Shown in pieces: positions 49,299 to 58,470 of a stretch of 64,000 bases of DNA. This DNA is from an uncultured Oscillospiraceae bacterium (lineage in GTDB: Bacteria; Bacillota; Clostridia; Oscillospirales; Oscillospiraceae), in the NCBI GenBank assembly GCA_944386865.1, contig CALXCT010000041.1:3826-67825 (forward strand), read 5' to 3'. Numbering within the stretch: position 1 is the first letter of the stretch; each line of letters starts with the position of its first letter. Under the pieces are notes generated by a model. That model did not search any database and was not told the DNA's origin. It was given only the letters and a program-made list of their open reading frames with translations. Both the position numbers and the translations under genes were made by a program.

Positions 49299-50785
49299 CA
49301 GCCCAGCATCTCCAGCACCCGCTGGGCCATCTGCTCCTTCTCGGTCCAGCCGCTGAAGCGGATGGGCTTGCCCTTCAGTGCGGCCAGCGGACCGGGCACC
49401 GGACGGCCGGTGACCTGGGACAGCTGCTCCATGATCTCCACCCCCGCGGCCTGGTCGGCCACGCCCAGGGCGGTGAGCACGCTGTCGCAGAACTTGAAGG
49501 GGCTGGCAGTGGAGGCCACCAGGGTCTTGGTCTCGTCCCCCGTCTCCTCCCGGTACTTCTCCAGCACCCGGAAGGCCACCGCGGTGTGGGGGTCCAGCAG
49601 GTAGTCCTTCTCCCGGTAGATCCGGCCGATGGTGTCCACCGTCTCCTCCTCGCCGCACCACCCCGCGGCGAACAGGGAGCGGATGCGGCCTTTGATGGTG
49701 TCGCTCACCTCATACCGCCCGGTGCGGCTGAGCTGCTCCATGTAGCCGGTCACCTCGGCGTCCTCCCCCTTGGTCAGGGCGTAGAGCATCCGCTCCAGGT
49801 TGCTGGAGATCAGGATGTCCATGGAGGGCGAGATGGTGGTGTGGAAGGGCCGGTTGCGGTCGTACACCCCGGTGGTGAGGAAATCGGTGAGCACGTTGTT
49901 GCTGTTGGAGGCGCAGATCAGCTTTGCGATGGGCACCCCCATCTTTTTGGCATAATAGGCGGCCAGGATATTGCCGAAGTTGCCTGTGGGCACGCAGACG
50001 TTCAGCGGGTCCCCCGCCGCGATCTCCTCCGTGCGGAGCAGGTCGCAGTAGGCGGAGATGTAGTAGACGATCTGGGGCAGCACCCGGCCCCAGTTGATGG
50101 AGTTGGCGGAGGAGAAGAAGTAGCCCCGGCGGTCCAGCTCAGCGCGCAGCTCCGGGTCGGAGAACAGGCGCTTGACCCCCGTCTGGGCGTCGTCAAAGTT
50201 GCCCGCCACGGCGCACACGCCCACGTTCTCCCCCTCCTGGGTGCGCATCTGCAGCTCCTGCATGGCGGCCACGCCGTCCTTGGGGTAGAACACCAGGATC
50301 CGGGTGCGGGGCACGTCCCGGAAGCCCTCCAGGGCGCCCTTGCCGGTGTCGCCCGAGGTGGCCACCAGGATGCAGGCGTCCTTCTCCGCGCCGGTCTTTT
50401 CCAGCGCGCCGGAGAGCAGATGGGGCAGCATCTGAAGCGCAAGGTCCTTGAAGGCGCAGGTGGGGCCGTGCCACAGCTCCAGGGCGTAGGTGTTCCCGTC
50501 CACCTTGCGCACCGGTACCACCTGGTCGGTGTCGAACTTGTCCGGCCCGTAGGCCTTCACCGCGTACCCGGTCAGCTCCTTGACGGAATACTCCTCCAAA
50601 AACAGGTTCATCACATAGACCGCCCGCTGCTGGTAGGACATGGAGGCCAGCTCCTCCAGGGCATGGCCCGGCAGCCGGGGCAGGTAGGCCGGGGTCAGCA
50701 GGCCGCCGTCGGGCGCCAGCCCCTGGATGATCGCCTCCGCCGCGGAGAATTCCTTGCGCTTGTCTCTTGTGCTTATGTACTGCAT
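49298..50785 (-). CDS. thrC: Threonine synthase (long form)
   Basis: The product reads MQYISTR.....FS.AEAI..GLA.DGGL; PTCAFKD.ALQ (PLP Lys); TSGDTG. Confidence 0.93.
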   Translation of the reverse strand: MQYISTRDKRKEFSAAEAIIQGLAPDGGLLTPAYLPRLPGHALEELASMSYQQRAVYVMNLFLEEYSVKELTGYAVKAYGPDKFDTDQVVPVRKVDGNTYALELWHGPTCAFKDLALQMLPHLLSGALEKTGAEKDACILVATSGDTGKGALEGFRDVPRTRILVFYPKDGVAAMQELQMRTQEGENVGVCAVAGNFDDAQTGVKRLFSDPELRAELDRRGYFFSSANSINWGRVLPQIVYYISAYCDLLRTEEIAAGDPLNVCVPTGNFGNILAAYYAKKMGVPIAKLICASNSNNVLTDFLTTGVYDRNRPFHTTISPSMDILISSNLERMLYALTKGEDAEVTGYMEQLSRTGRYEVSDTIKGRIRSLFAAGWCGEEETVDTIGRIYREKDYLLDPHTAVAFRVLEKYREETGDETKTLVASTASPFKFCDSVLTALGVADQAAGVEIMEQLSQVTGRPVPGPLAALKGKPIRFSGWTEKEQMAQRVLEMLG

Positions 50786-51708
50786 CTCTCACTCACGATC
50801 CTCATCATATTGGAATAAAACAGATCTCTCACCAGGTCCTCGGGGTAGTTCTCCCGGAGCAGCCGCTCGTAGAGCAGAGCCAGGCCGCCGATGTGGCCGA
50901 TCCCCTCGGGCAACGCGTCCACGCCGTCCCAGTCGCCTCCCAGGGCCACCGTGCGCGCCCCGCCCAGGGCCAGCATATGCTCCAGATGGGCCAGCACCGT
51001 GTCCAGTCCCGCCCGCTCTCCCAGGAACGCAGGGTAGAGATTCAGGCCGATCACGCCCGTTCTGTTTATTATGGCAGTTATCTGGGTGTCAGTCAAGTTT
51101 CTGGTGTGAAAAAATACCGCTCTGGCGTTGGAATGGGAGGCAAGCACCGGCCCCGCGGTGCAGTCCATCACGTCCCGGAAGCCCGGATCGGACAGGTGGG
51201 ACACGTCCACCAGCATCCCCAGCTGCTCCATCCGCCTCACGAAAGCCCGCCCCAGCGGGGTCAGGCCCCGCTCCGGCCGGTCGCAGTGGCTGCCCGAGAG
51301 GGCGTTGGCGTGGTTCCAGGTCAGGTTCACCGCCCGCACCCCCAGCCGGAAGGCCCGCTCCAGCCCGTCCAGGCTGCAGCCCAGCAGCTCCGCCCCCTCC
51401 ACCGAGAGGAAGGCGGCCGCCCTGCCCGTCCGGAACGCGGCCAGAGCCTCTGCGCCGGTGCGGCACGGGGCTATCTTATCATGGTTTTTCTCCATTTCCC
51501 GTCGAAACAGCGCGTACTGCGCGTCGAACTGCCCCGCCAGCCCCTCCTGCCCCAGCTCCTCCCGGTCGCCGAAGATGGCGAAGAACTGGGCGTAAGGGGT
51601 AAACCGGGCTGTCCGTTCCAGGTCCAGATGCCCGCCGTTCCTCTCCAGCCCCTCCCCCGTGCGCAGACAGCGGGACAGGGTGTCGCAGTGGCCGTCAAAC
51701 AGCTCCAT
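50773..51708 (-). CDS. Membrane dipeptidase family (M19) protein
   Basis: Contains FDGHCDTL, LTWNH.N, DVSHLS, SHSN and GGDWDG. Confidence 0.88.
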   Translation of the reverse strand: MELFDGHCDTLSRCLRTGEGLERNGGHLDLERTARFTPYAQFFAIFGDREELGQEGLAGQFDAQYALFRREMEKNHDKIAPCRTGAEALAAFRTGRAAAFLSVEGAELLGCSLDGLERAFRLGVRAVNLTWNHANALSGSHCDRPERGLTPLGRAFVRRMEQLGMLVDVSHLSDPGFRDVMDCTAGPVLASHSNARAVFFHTRNLTDTQITAIINRTGVIGLNLYPAFLGERAGLDTVLAHLEHMLALGGARTVALGGDWDGVDALPEGIGHIGGLALLYERLLRENYPEDLVRDLFYSNMMRIVSERCST

Positions 51709-51716
51709 AGCTCCTC

Positions 51717-52082
51717 CTAAAACGCGTTCTCCACATACCGGATCTTCGGCCGCCGGGTCTCCATTCCCTGGGGGGCGTACACCTCCGCCACGTCGAACCG
51801 GGGCTGGAGCTCACTGGGATGCTCCGCCAAATAGAACGACGCCGTGGTGCGCAGCTTCTGCTGCTTCCGGGCGTCCACAAACTCCCGGGGCGCGGCGAAG
51901 TCTCCGCTGCGCAGCTTCACCTCCACGAAGGCCAGCACGCCGCCCCGCCGGGCGATGAGGTCCACTTCCCCGAACCGGCACCGCCAGCCCGACGCCAGGA
52001 TCTCCCAGCCCTTTCCGCGCAGGTCCTCCGCCACCAGGGCCTCCCCCCAGCGCCCCAGCAGGCGCGCCTGTGCCCCGCTCAC
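51717..52082 (-). CDS. yraN: YraN family (UPF0102) endonuclease-like protein
   Basis: Contains GE..A...L...G..IL......R.GE.DLIA......L.FVEVK.R. Confidence 0.85.
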   Translation of the reverse strand: MSGAQARLLGRWGEALVAEDLRGKGWEILASGWRCRFGEVDLIARRGGVLAFVEVKLRSGDFAAPREFVDARKQQKLRTTASFYLAEHPSELQPRFDVAEVYAPQGMETRRPKIRYVENAF

Positions 52083-52696
52083 CGGTTTTTCAGGAAGCTG
52101 CGGCGGTGGACCGGGCTGGGCCCGTACTTGTCCAGAAGCGCATAGTGCAGCTTCGTCCCGTAGCCCTTGTGCCGGGCAAACTCATACTCCGGGTACTGCT
52201 CCGCAAGCCTGCACATGAAGCGGTCACGGCTCACCTTGGCCAGGATAGAGGCCGCCGCCACAGAGGCTGACAGGCTGTCTCCCTTTACGATCGTCTCATG
52301 GGGCGTGGTGATGGCGAAGCGGCTGCCGTGGTCCCGGTTGCCGTCGATGAGGGCAAACCAGGCCGCCGGGCGCAGCTGGTCGATGGCGGCCTGCATGGCC
52401 TTGATGCGGGCGTTGAGGATGTCGATCTCGTCGATCTCTCCGGCGTCCACGCTGGCCACCGCCCAGGCCAGCGCCCGCTCCTGGATGACGGGGAACAGCT
52501 GCTCCCGCTTCTTCTCCGAGAGCTGTTTGGAGTCGGTCAGGCCGGGGATCTCCAGTTCAAAGGGCAGGATCACCGCCGCGGCGTACACCGGTCCGGCCAG
52601 GGGGCCCGCACCCGCCTCGTCGCAGCCGCACACCAGCTCCAGTCCCCGCGCCCGGCACTGCCGCTCATAGCGCCAAAGGTCAAGCTCCTTCTCCAT
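52079..52696 (-). CDS. rnhB: Ribonuclease HII
   Basis: Contains GCDEAGAGPLAGPV.AAAV, DSKQLS and DEIDILNA. Confidence 0.93.
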   Translation of the reverse strand: MEKELDLWRYERQCRARGLELVCGCDEAGAGPLAGPVYAAAVILPFELEIPGLTDSKQLSEKKREQLFPVIQERALAWAVASVDAGEIDEIDILNARIKAMQAAIDQLRPAAWFALIDGNRDHGSRFAITTPHETIVKGDSLSASVAAASILAKVSRDRFMCRLAEQYPEYEFARHKGYGTKLHYALLDKYGPSPVHRRSFLKNR

Positions 52697-53558
52697 CCTG
52701 TCCTCCCAGCTCCTCCGGCCGCTCCAGCGTCATGCGGCCCAGCTTGCCGCTGCGGTATTCCTCCAGCAGCACCCGGGCCATCCTCTCCAGGTCCGCCTCG
52801 CCCCCCGAGATGAGAAAGCCGCGCTTCCGCCCCGCCTGCTCCAGCAGCTGCCAGCCCTCCGCCGGCTGGGAGAGGTCCAGCTTGTACCGCGCCTCCACCG
52901 TCTCGGGGTAGTGTTCCGCCAGCAGGGCCATCAGGCTGGAGGCCAGCTCCTCCCGGTCGATGATCTCATCCCGGATGGCGCCGGTGTAGGCCAGGTGCAT
53001 CCCGATGCGCTGGTCCTCAAACTTGGGCCATAGGATGCCCGGGGTGTCCAGCAGCTCCAGCCCGGAGCCCACGTTGACCCACTGCTTGCACCGGGTGACC
53101 CCCGGCCGGTTCTCCGCCTTGGCCGACTTGCGCCCGGCCACTTTATTGATAAAGGTGGACTTGCCCACGTTGGGGATGCCCACCACCATGGCGCGCAGGG
53201 GGCGTCCGGTCTGGCCCCGCTGAGCGTAATACTTCAGCTTTTCCCGCATCATGGTCTTGACGGCGGCGGGGAACTGTTTCACCCCGGCGCCCGATTTGGC
53301 GTCGGTCTCCAGCACGCTGTGACCCCTGCCCCGGAAATACGCTCCCCAGGCCCGGTTCATGTCCGGGTCGGCCTGGTCGGCCCGGTTGAGCACGATCAGC
53401 CGGGGCTTGCCCGCCGTCAGCTCATCCAGGTCTGGATTCCTGCTGGAGATGGGGATGCGCGCGTCGATGATCTCCACCGCCAGGTCCACCTGGCGGATGT
53501 CCTCCGCCATCTGGCGGCGGGTCTTGGTCATATGGCCCGGAAACCACTGGATGTCCAT
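52680..53558 (-). CDS. rbgA: Ribosome biogenesis GTPase A (YlqF/RbgA)
   Basis: The product reads MDIQWFPGHM.K, with circularly permuted G motifs: LNRADQ then GIPNVGKST.IN and DTPG.LWPK. Confidence 0.92.
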   Translation of the reverse strand: MDIQWFPGHMTKTRRQMAEDIRQVDLAVEIIDARIPISSRNPDLDELTAGKPRLIVLNRADQADPDMNRAWGAYFRGRGHSVLETDAKSGAGVKQFPAAVKTMMREKLKYYAQRGQTGRPLRAMVVGIPNVGKSTFINKVAGRKSAKAENRPGVTRCKQWVNVGSGLELLDTPGILWPKFEDQRIGMHLAYTGAIRDEIIDREELASSLMALLAEHYPETVEARYKLDLSQPAEGWQLLEQAGRKRGFLISGGEADLERMARVLLEEYRSGKLGRMTLERPEELGGQDGEGA

Positions 53559-53675
53559 GCCCTTGCTCTCCTTTCCCGTCCGGGCGCCGCCCGGACCCGC
53601 CCCACAGGGCGGCGCTTTCCTATTATCTTATCACAGTTTTGTCTCCATGGATACCGGAAACCGGTCTGAAGACGG

Positions 53676-53710
53676 AAAAAGAGAGGCGTCATGCCGACGC
53701 CTCTCTTTTC
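53676..53710. terminator. Terminator after rplS
   Basis: GAGAGGCGTC-ATGCC-GACGCCTCTC is flanked by A5 and T4. Confidence 0.72.
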
Positions 53711-53719
53711 TTTGGAATG

Positions 53720-54061
53720 TTACAGGGACTCCTTCAGCTTGGCAGCCTTGCCCACGCGGTCGCGCAGGTAGTACAGCTTGGCGCGGCGCACCTTGCCGTG
53801 GCGGACGACCTCGATCTTGTCCACAGTGGGCGCGTGGATGGGGAACACCTTCTCCACGCCGACGCCGTAGGACAGGCGGCGCACGGTGATGGTCTCCTCG
53901 ATGCCGCCGTGCTTCTTGGCGATCACGGTGCCCTCGAACACCTGGATACGCTCACGGTTGCCTTCCTTGACCTTGATGTGCACCTTGACGGTGTCACCGA
54001 TCTGAGCGGTGGGGGCCTCGTCCTTCATATACCGCTCGTTGAACGTTTTCAGCAGATCCAT
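53720..54061 (-). CDS. rplS: 50S ribosomal protein L19
   Basis: The product reads MDLLKTF.......P....GDTVKVH.KV.EG.RERIQ.FEG.VIA..; VRR.KLYYLR. AGGAGG RBS. Confidence 0.95.
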   Translation of the reverse strand: MDLLKTFNERYMKDEAPTAQIGDTVKVHIKVKEGNRERIQVFEGTVIAKKHGGIEETITVRRLSYGVGVEKVFPIHAPTVDKIEVVRHGKVRRAKLYYLRDRVGKAAKLKESL

Positions 54062-54187
54062 TGTAATACTCCTCCTAAGTTTATAGGCGTTCGTAAGCGC
54101 GTTTCCGGCGCGCCCATGCGCGCCCGCCCAGAGGACCACCCTTTATTGAGACTGAAGTATGATACCACAAACGCTGTTGAAATGCAA
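54062..54187 (-). promoter_or_regulatory. rplS promoter and about 95-nt structured leader (possible L19 leader)
   Basis: On the minus strand: TTGCAT (54187..82), 17 nt, TG-extended TATCAT (54164..59). The leader is GC-rich and contains GGCGCGC-ATGG-GCGCGCC before the SD. The L19-leader identity is not established. Confidence 0.4.
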
Positions 54188-54214
54188 GGATTATTTCACC
54201 ATTTTTCCGCTTTT

Positions 54215-54895
54215 TCAGCGGAAGGGCTGCCCCGCCTCGTCCAGCGCCTCCCGGCGGTGGCACCAGCTCAGCTCCGGGGCCAGCTCGGGCCGCTCGGCGC
54301 GCAGGGCCTCCACGATCAGCTCCGGGTTGAGTCCCGGGTTCTGGGCGGCCAGCACGGTATTGAGAGTCAGCCGCGCTCCCTCCCGCTCCAGGCTCCAACT
54401 CCTGATGCGGGGGATGACGTCCACCTCGGTATAGCCGCATTTGGCCTTTTTCGTCTTTTTGCGCACCACCAGGCTCTCCCGGCCCAGAAGTTCCTCCAGC
54501 GCCTGCCTCGCCTGCTCGGCGGCGGACTGCTCCGGATAGTCCAGATCCACCCGGTAGTCCAAAAAGGCCAGCTGCTTGATGGGCCGGCCGCCCTCATAGC
54601 AGTCCAGCACCCGCACCCCCTCGGGCAGCGCCCCGTTCAGCCGCCGGACCACCTCCTCCCCCGCCAGGGGAGCCTGGAGGCCGAACTCCAGGATCTCGCA
54701 CTGGCTGGAATAGCCCAGGGACAGGGGCAGCGCGATGGAGATGAAGGCGTGGGGGTGGAACCCCTCGGTGTGCTTGATGGGGATGCCGGCCCGGAAGAAG
54801 GCCCGCTGGAAGGTGCGCATCAGGTCCAGGTGGGAGATGAACCGGGCCCGGCCCGCCTTTTCAAACAGCAGACGGTGGTCAACCATCGCACACAC
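54215..54895 (-). CDS. Radical SAM-linked protein (TIGR03936/DUF2344-like)
   Basis: The product reads F.K.G.ARFISHLDLMR.F.RA..RAG.P......FHPH, and it always partners the preceding radical SAM gene. Confidence 0.78.
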   Translation of the reverse strand: MCAMVDHRLLFEKAGRARFISHLDLMRTFQRAFFRAGIPIKHTEGFHPHAFISIALPLSLGYSSQCEILEFGLQAPLAGEEVVRRLNGALPEGVRVLDCYEGGRPIKQLAFLDYRVDLDYPEQSAAEQARQALEELLGRESLVVRKKTKKAKCGYTEVDVIPRIRSWSLEREGARLTLNTVLAAQNPGLNPELIVEALRAERPELAPELSWCHRREALDEAGQPFR

Positions 54896-56714
54896 CTCCG
54901 TTCAGTCGGTTTGCCCCGCAGCCGGTGCACTGCCTGCGGCAGTTGGGGGTGATGAGGGCGCGGTAGCACTGCTCCCGCTCCCGCCACAAAAACTCCCGGC
55001 GCACCCCGGCGGTGATCATGTCCCAGGGCAGCAGCTCGTCCTTCTCCCGCACCCGGTGGACGTAGAAGGACGGGTCCAGCCCGCAGCGCCGGAAGGCCTT
55101 CATCCACCGCTCAAAGGAGAAATATTCGCTCCAGGCGTCCAGCTTTGCACCGTCCCGCCAGGCCGCCTCGATCACGTCGGCCAGACGCCGGTCGCCCCGG
55201 GCCAGCACGGCCTCCAGGTAGCTGGTCTCCGGGTCGTGCCAGTTGTAGGTGATGGACTTGTCCCGCTTCAGCGCGTCCCGCAGCAGGTTCACCTTGCGCT
55301 GGTACTCCTCCATGGTGTTCTGCGCCTCCCACTGGAAGGGGGTGTGGGACTTGGGCACGAAGCAGGAGGTAGACACGGTGATGCGCACCCCGCGCTTGGG
55401 ATCGGGGGCGCACTCCCGCCAGGTAAAGTAGACCTTCCGGGCCAGGTCCGCGATGCCAAGCACGTCCTCATCGGTCTCGGTGGGCAGGCCCAGCATGAAG
55501 TACAGCTTCACGCTGCTCCAGCCGCCGGTGAAGGCGGTGCGGCAGGAGGTGAGCAGGTCCTCCTCGGTCACGTCCTTGTTGATGGCGTCCCGCAGACGCT
55601 GGGTGCCCGCCTCGGGGGCGAAGGTCAGCCCACTCTTGCGCCCGGTCTGCAGGCGCTGCATCAGGCTCATGGAGAAGTTGTCCGCCCGCAGGGAGGGCAG
55701 GGACAGGCTCACATGGTTGGGCACACAGTAGTCCAGCAGGTCGTCGCACAGCTCCACCAGCGGCGGATAATCGCTGGTGGACAGGCTGGACAGGGTCATC
55801 TCCTGGTAGCCGGAGGAGCGGCAGGCGTCCTTCCCCTGCCGGGCCAGCAGTTCCTTGCTCCGGGAGCGCACCGGGCGGTAGACATAGCCCGCCTGGCAGA
55901 ACCGGCAGCCCCGGATGCAGCCCCGGAACAGCTCCAGCATCACCCGGTCGTGGACGATCTCGGTGGAGGGGATGATGGTGTCCACCGGGAAATAGGCCTG
56001 GTCCATGTTCCCCACGATCCGCTTGGTGATGACGGCGGGCGCCCCCTCCTCCGGGGTGAAGGAGGCCAGGGTGCCGTCCTCCCGGTAGGTCACGGTATAC
56101 AGGGAGGGCACATACATTCCGGGGATCTGGGCCAGACGGCGCAGCAGCTCCTTCCGGCTCCAGCCCTCCGCCTTCCCCTTCCGGCAGCACTCCACCAGCT
56201 CGGGCAGGGCTTCCTCCCCCTCGCCGATGGAAAACACGTCCACAAAGGCGGCCAGCGGCTCGGGGTTATAGGCGCAGCTGCCGCCCGCGATGACGAGCGG
56301 GTGGTGCTCGTCCCGGTCCGCCGCCCGGACGGGCAGCCCCGCCAGGTCCAGCATATCCAGCACGCCGGTGTAGGCCATCTCATAGCCCAGGGAGAAGCCC
56401 ACCACGTCGAAGTCCCGGATGGGGTCCCCGCTCTCCAGGCCGTACAGGGGCAGCCCCGTACGGCGCAGCTCGTCCTCCATGTCCCCCCAGGGGGCAAAGA
56501 CGCGCTCGCACCACACGCCCTCCATCTTGTTGAGCACCCCGTAGAGGATGCGCAGTCCCAGGTTGGACATGCCGATCTCGTAGGTATCCGGGAAGCAGAA
56601 GGCAAAGCGGAAATCCACCGTCTCCCGGTCCTTGACTACGGCGTTGTATTCTCCGCCGGTATAGCGCGCAGGCTTCTGCACATTGTGGAGCACCTGCTCA
56701 AGCTGCCGATCCAT
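54879..56714 (-). CDS. B12-binding-domain radical SAM protein (TIGR03960-like, function unknown)
   Basis: The product reads KPARYTGGEYN, FCFPD.YE.GMSNLG..ILY; the CxxxCxxC motif appears as RGCIRGCRFCQAG. ATG at 56714 with GGAGGAG upstream. Confidence 0.85.
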   Translation of the reverse strand: MDRQLEQVLHNVQKPARYTGGEYNAVVKDRETVDFRFAFCFPDTYEIGMSNLGLRILYGVLNKMEGVWCERVFAPWGDMEDELRRTGLPLYGLESGDPIRDFDVVGFSLGYEMAYTGVLDMLDLAGLPVRAADRDEHHPLVIAGGSCAYNPEPLAAFVDVFSIGEGEEALPELVECCRKGKAEGWSRKELLRRLAQIPGMYVPSLYTVTYREDGTLASFTPEEGAPAVITKRIVGNMDQAYFPVDTIIPSTEIVHDRVMLELFRGCIRGCRFCQAGYVYRPVRSRSKELLARQGKDACRSSGYQEMTLSSLSTSDYPPLVELCDDLLDYCVPNHVSLSLPSLRADNFSMSLMQRLQTGRKSGLTFAPEAGTQRLRDAINKDVTEEDLLTSCRTAFTGGWSSVKLYFMLGLPTETDEDVLGIADLARKVYFTWRECAPDPKRGVRITVSTSCFVPKSHTPFQWEAQNTMEEYQRKVNLLRDALKRDKSITYNWHDPETSYLEAVLARGDRRLADVIEAAWRDGAKLDAWSEYFSFERWMKAFRRCGLDPSFYVHRVREKDELLPWDMITAGVRREFLWREREQCYRALITPNCRRQCTGCGANRLNGGVCDG

Positions 56715-56734
56715 GGCTCTCCTCCAAAACATCG

Positions 56735-57406
56735 TTATGATGCTCCATTGTAGCCGTTTCTCCGCCGCTTGGCAAGTCTTTTCCTCCCCCGCAGCGCCCC
56801 CAGCAGCAGCCAGCCGCCCACGAGCAGCAGGGTGAAATTCCTCCCGCTGCGCCACAGCACCGCCGTCCCCGCCGCCGCCGTCACCAGACTCAGCCCGGCG
56901 GTCAGCCGGCGGCAGGCCCGGGCGGCGGTCCCCTCGTCCCGCAGGGCGGCCAGCGCATGGTACAGGATGCGCCCGCCGTCCAGGGGGTATACGGGCAGCA
57001 GGTTGAAAAGCCCCAGGGCGAGGCTCATCCCGGCAAACACGGGGAACCAGCCTCCCAACAGCCAGGCCAGCGCCAGATTCACCGCCGGGCCCGCCGCGGC
57101 GGCCAGGATCTCTCCGCCGTAGGAGAGCGCACAGCTGCCCCTCAACCGGATCTCCGCCCCCGCCGCCCCCAGCACCATCCGCTCCACCCGGCCTCCCAGC
57201 GCACGGATGGCGGCAAGGTGGCCCAGCTCATGGAGGGCGCAGGCGGCCAGCGCCCGGGGCAGCAGGCACTGCTCGTCAAAGTAGAACAGCAGCGCCGCCA
57301 GCAGCAGGAAGCCCCCGCCGATCTCCAGCCTGCCCAGGCGCAGTCCCTCAGCCCTGCGCAAAGTACCACGCCGGGTCGGTGCGCGTCCCGGCCACGCACA
57401 GTTCAA
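56735..57406 (-). CDS. M50 family metalloprotease, SpoIVFB-like but lacking a CBS domain
   Basis: Contains HELGH and NLLPVYPLDGGR. The start is uncertain: the maximal ORF overlaps the M23 gene by 59 nt, and the TTG at 57361 is an alternative. Confidence 0.72.
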   Translation of the reverse strand: MNCAWPGRAPTRRGTLRRAEGLRLGRLEIGGGFLLLAALLFYFDEQCLLPRALAACALHELGHLAAIRALGGRVERMVLGAAGAEIRLRGSCALSYGGEILAAAAGPAVNLALAWLLGGWFPVFAGMSLALGLFNLLPVYPLDGGRILYHALAALRDEGTAARACRRLTAGLSLVTAAAGTAVLWRSGRNFTLLLVGGWLLLGALRGRKRLAKRRRNGYNGAS

Positions 57407-58328
57407 AGTGGAGATGGCTGCCGGTGGTCAGGCCGGAGTCCCCCACCGTGGCCACCTGCTGGCCAAGCGCCACCGTGTCCGCCTCAGAGACTTCCACCGT
57501 GTCACAGTGGGCATAGAGGGTGGTGATCCCGTTTCCATGGTCCAGCTGGAAGTACTTGCCGTAGGTGGTGCTCTCCCCGGTGAACGCCACCGTCCCCGCG
57601 GCGAAGGCCGCGATGGCGGTGCCCTTGTCGGCGGCGATGTCCACCCCGTAGTGGAACTTCACGCCGCCCTCCACCGGGTGCTCCCGGTAGCCGAAGTCAG
57701 AGCTTTTCGTGCCCTGCACCGGCACGGTCCACTGGAGGGTGCCGATGGACAGCCGGTCCATGGTGGCGTCCTCCGGCAGCGCCTCGCCCTCGTAGGGCAC
57801 CTGCTCCACCACCGCGCCCACCGGGAGCACTGTCTCCTCCTCCGGTTGCTCCGGCTCCGCCTGTCCTTCCTCAACGGCGGCGGGCGTGCCGGCCTCCGGC
57901 TCCAGCCACAGCCTGCGGCAGGCCGCCTCGTATCCGGAGGGGCCGGCGCTGAGGAATCGGGCCTCGCCCTGGGACACCGCGCCGCTCAGCGCCGGGTCTG
58001 GCTCCTCCACGGCGCTGATGCCGAACACCGTCACGCAGAACTCTCCCACCGCCTCGGACACCGGGCGCTGCCGACCGATGGCCTCGCCCAGCCGCTCGAA
58101 GGCGCCCTTGAAATCCACGCTCCGGCCCAGCACGGCGGCGGCCTGCTCACCCACCTGCACCATCTGTCCGGGGAACACTCCCCTGCCCACCAGCACGGCG
58201 AGGAACACCGCCAGGCAAAAGCCCAGCTGCAGCAGCCGCTGGCGCTCCCTTCTGCCCAACTCCGCCCGTCTGTTCCCCTTCGGCCTGTGCGCCGCCCCGC
58301 CTCCGCGGGTCCTGACCCGTTTTCTCAT
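57348..58328 (-). CDS. M23 (LytM) family metallopeptidase with N-terminal TM anchor
   Basis: Contains FHYGVD (HxxxD) and SHLHFE (HxH). ATG at 58328 with AAGGGGGG upstream. A longer ORF would overlap the divergent udp gene. Confidence 0.8.
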   Translation of the reverse strand: MRKRVRTRGGGAAHRPKGNRRAELGRRERQRLLQLGFCLAVFLAVLVGRGVFPGQMVQVGEQAAAVLGRSVDFKGAFERLGEAIGRQRPVSEAVGEFCVTVFGISAVEEPDPALSGAVSQGEARFLSAGPSGYEAACRRLWLEPEAGTPAAVEEGQAEPEQPEEETVLPVGAVVEQVPYEGEALPEDATMDRLSIGTLQWTVPVQGTKSSDFGYREHPVEGGVKFHYGVDIAADKGTAIAAFAAGTVAFTGESTTYGKYFQLDHGNGITTLYAHCDTVEVSEADTVALGQQVATVGDSGLTTGSHLHFELCVAGTRTDPAWYFAQG

Positions 58329-58407
58329 GGTGGTCCCCCCTTGCTCCCGCACCCGTTCCCTCCATCCTATTCGGACGAGCCGGCGGTTATGCCCCGGCAA
58401 AAACAGA

Positions 58408-58436
58408 TTGAGATTCCCCGGCCGGCATGGTAAAAT
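58408..58436 (+). promoter_or_regulatory. Putative sigma-A promoter for the nucleoside phosphorylase gene
   Basis: TTGAGA (58408..13), 17 nt, TG-extended TAAAAT (58431..36). Confidence 0.4.
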
Positions 58437-58470
58437 AAAGATACTTTGAATGTACAGGGAGGTATGCGCC

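Noticed and set aside
49299-49661. Upstream 121 codons of the metallophosphoesterase ORF.
   Set aside because: It lies entirely inside thrC in another frame and is Gly/Arg/Pro-rich. The family N-terminus MALYAMGDTH starts at 49298, overlapping the thrC stop.
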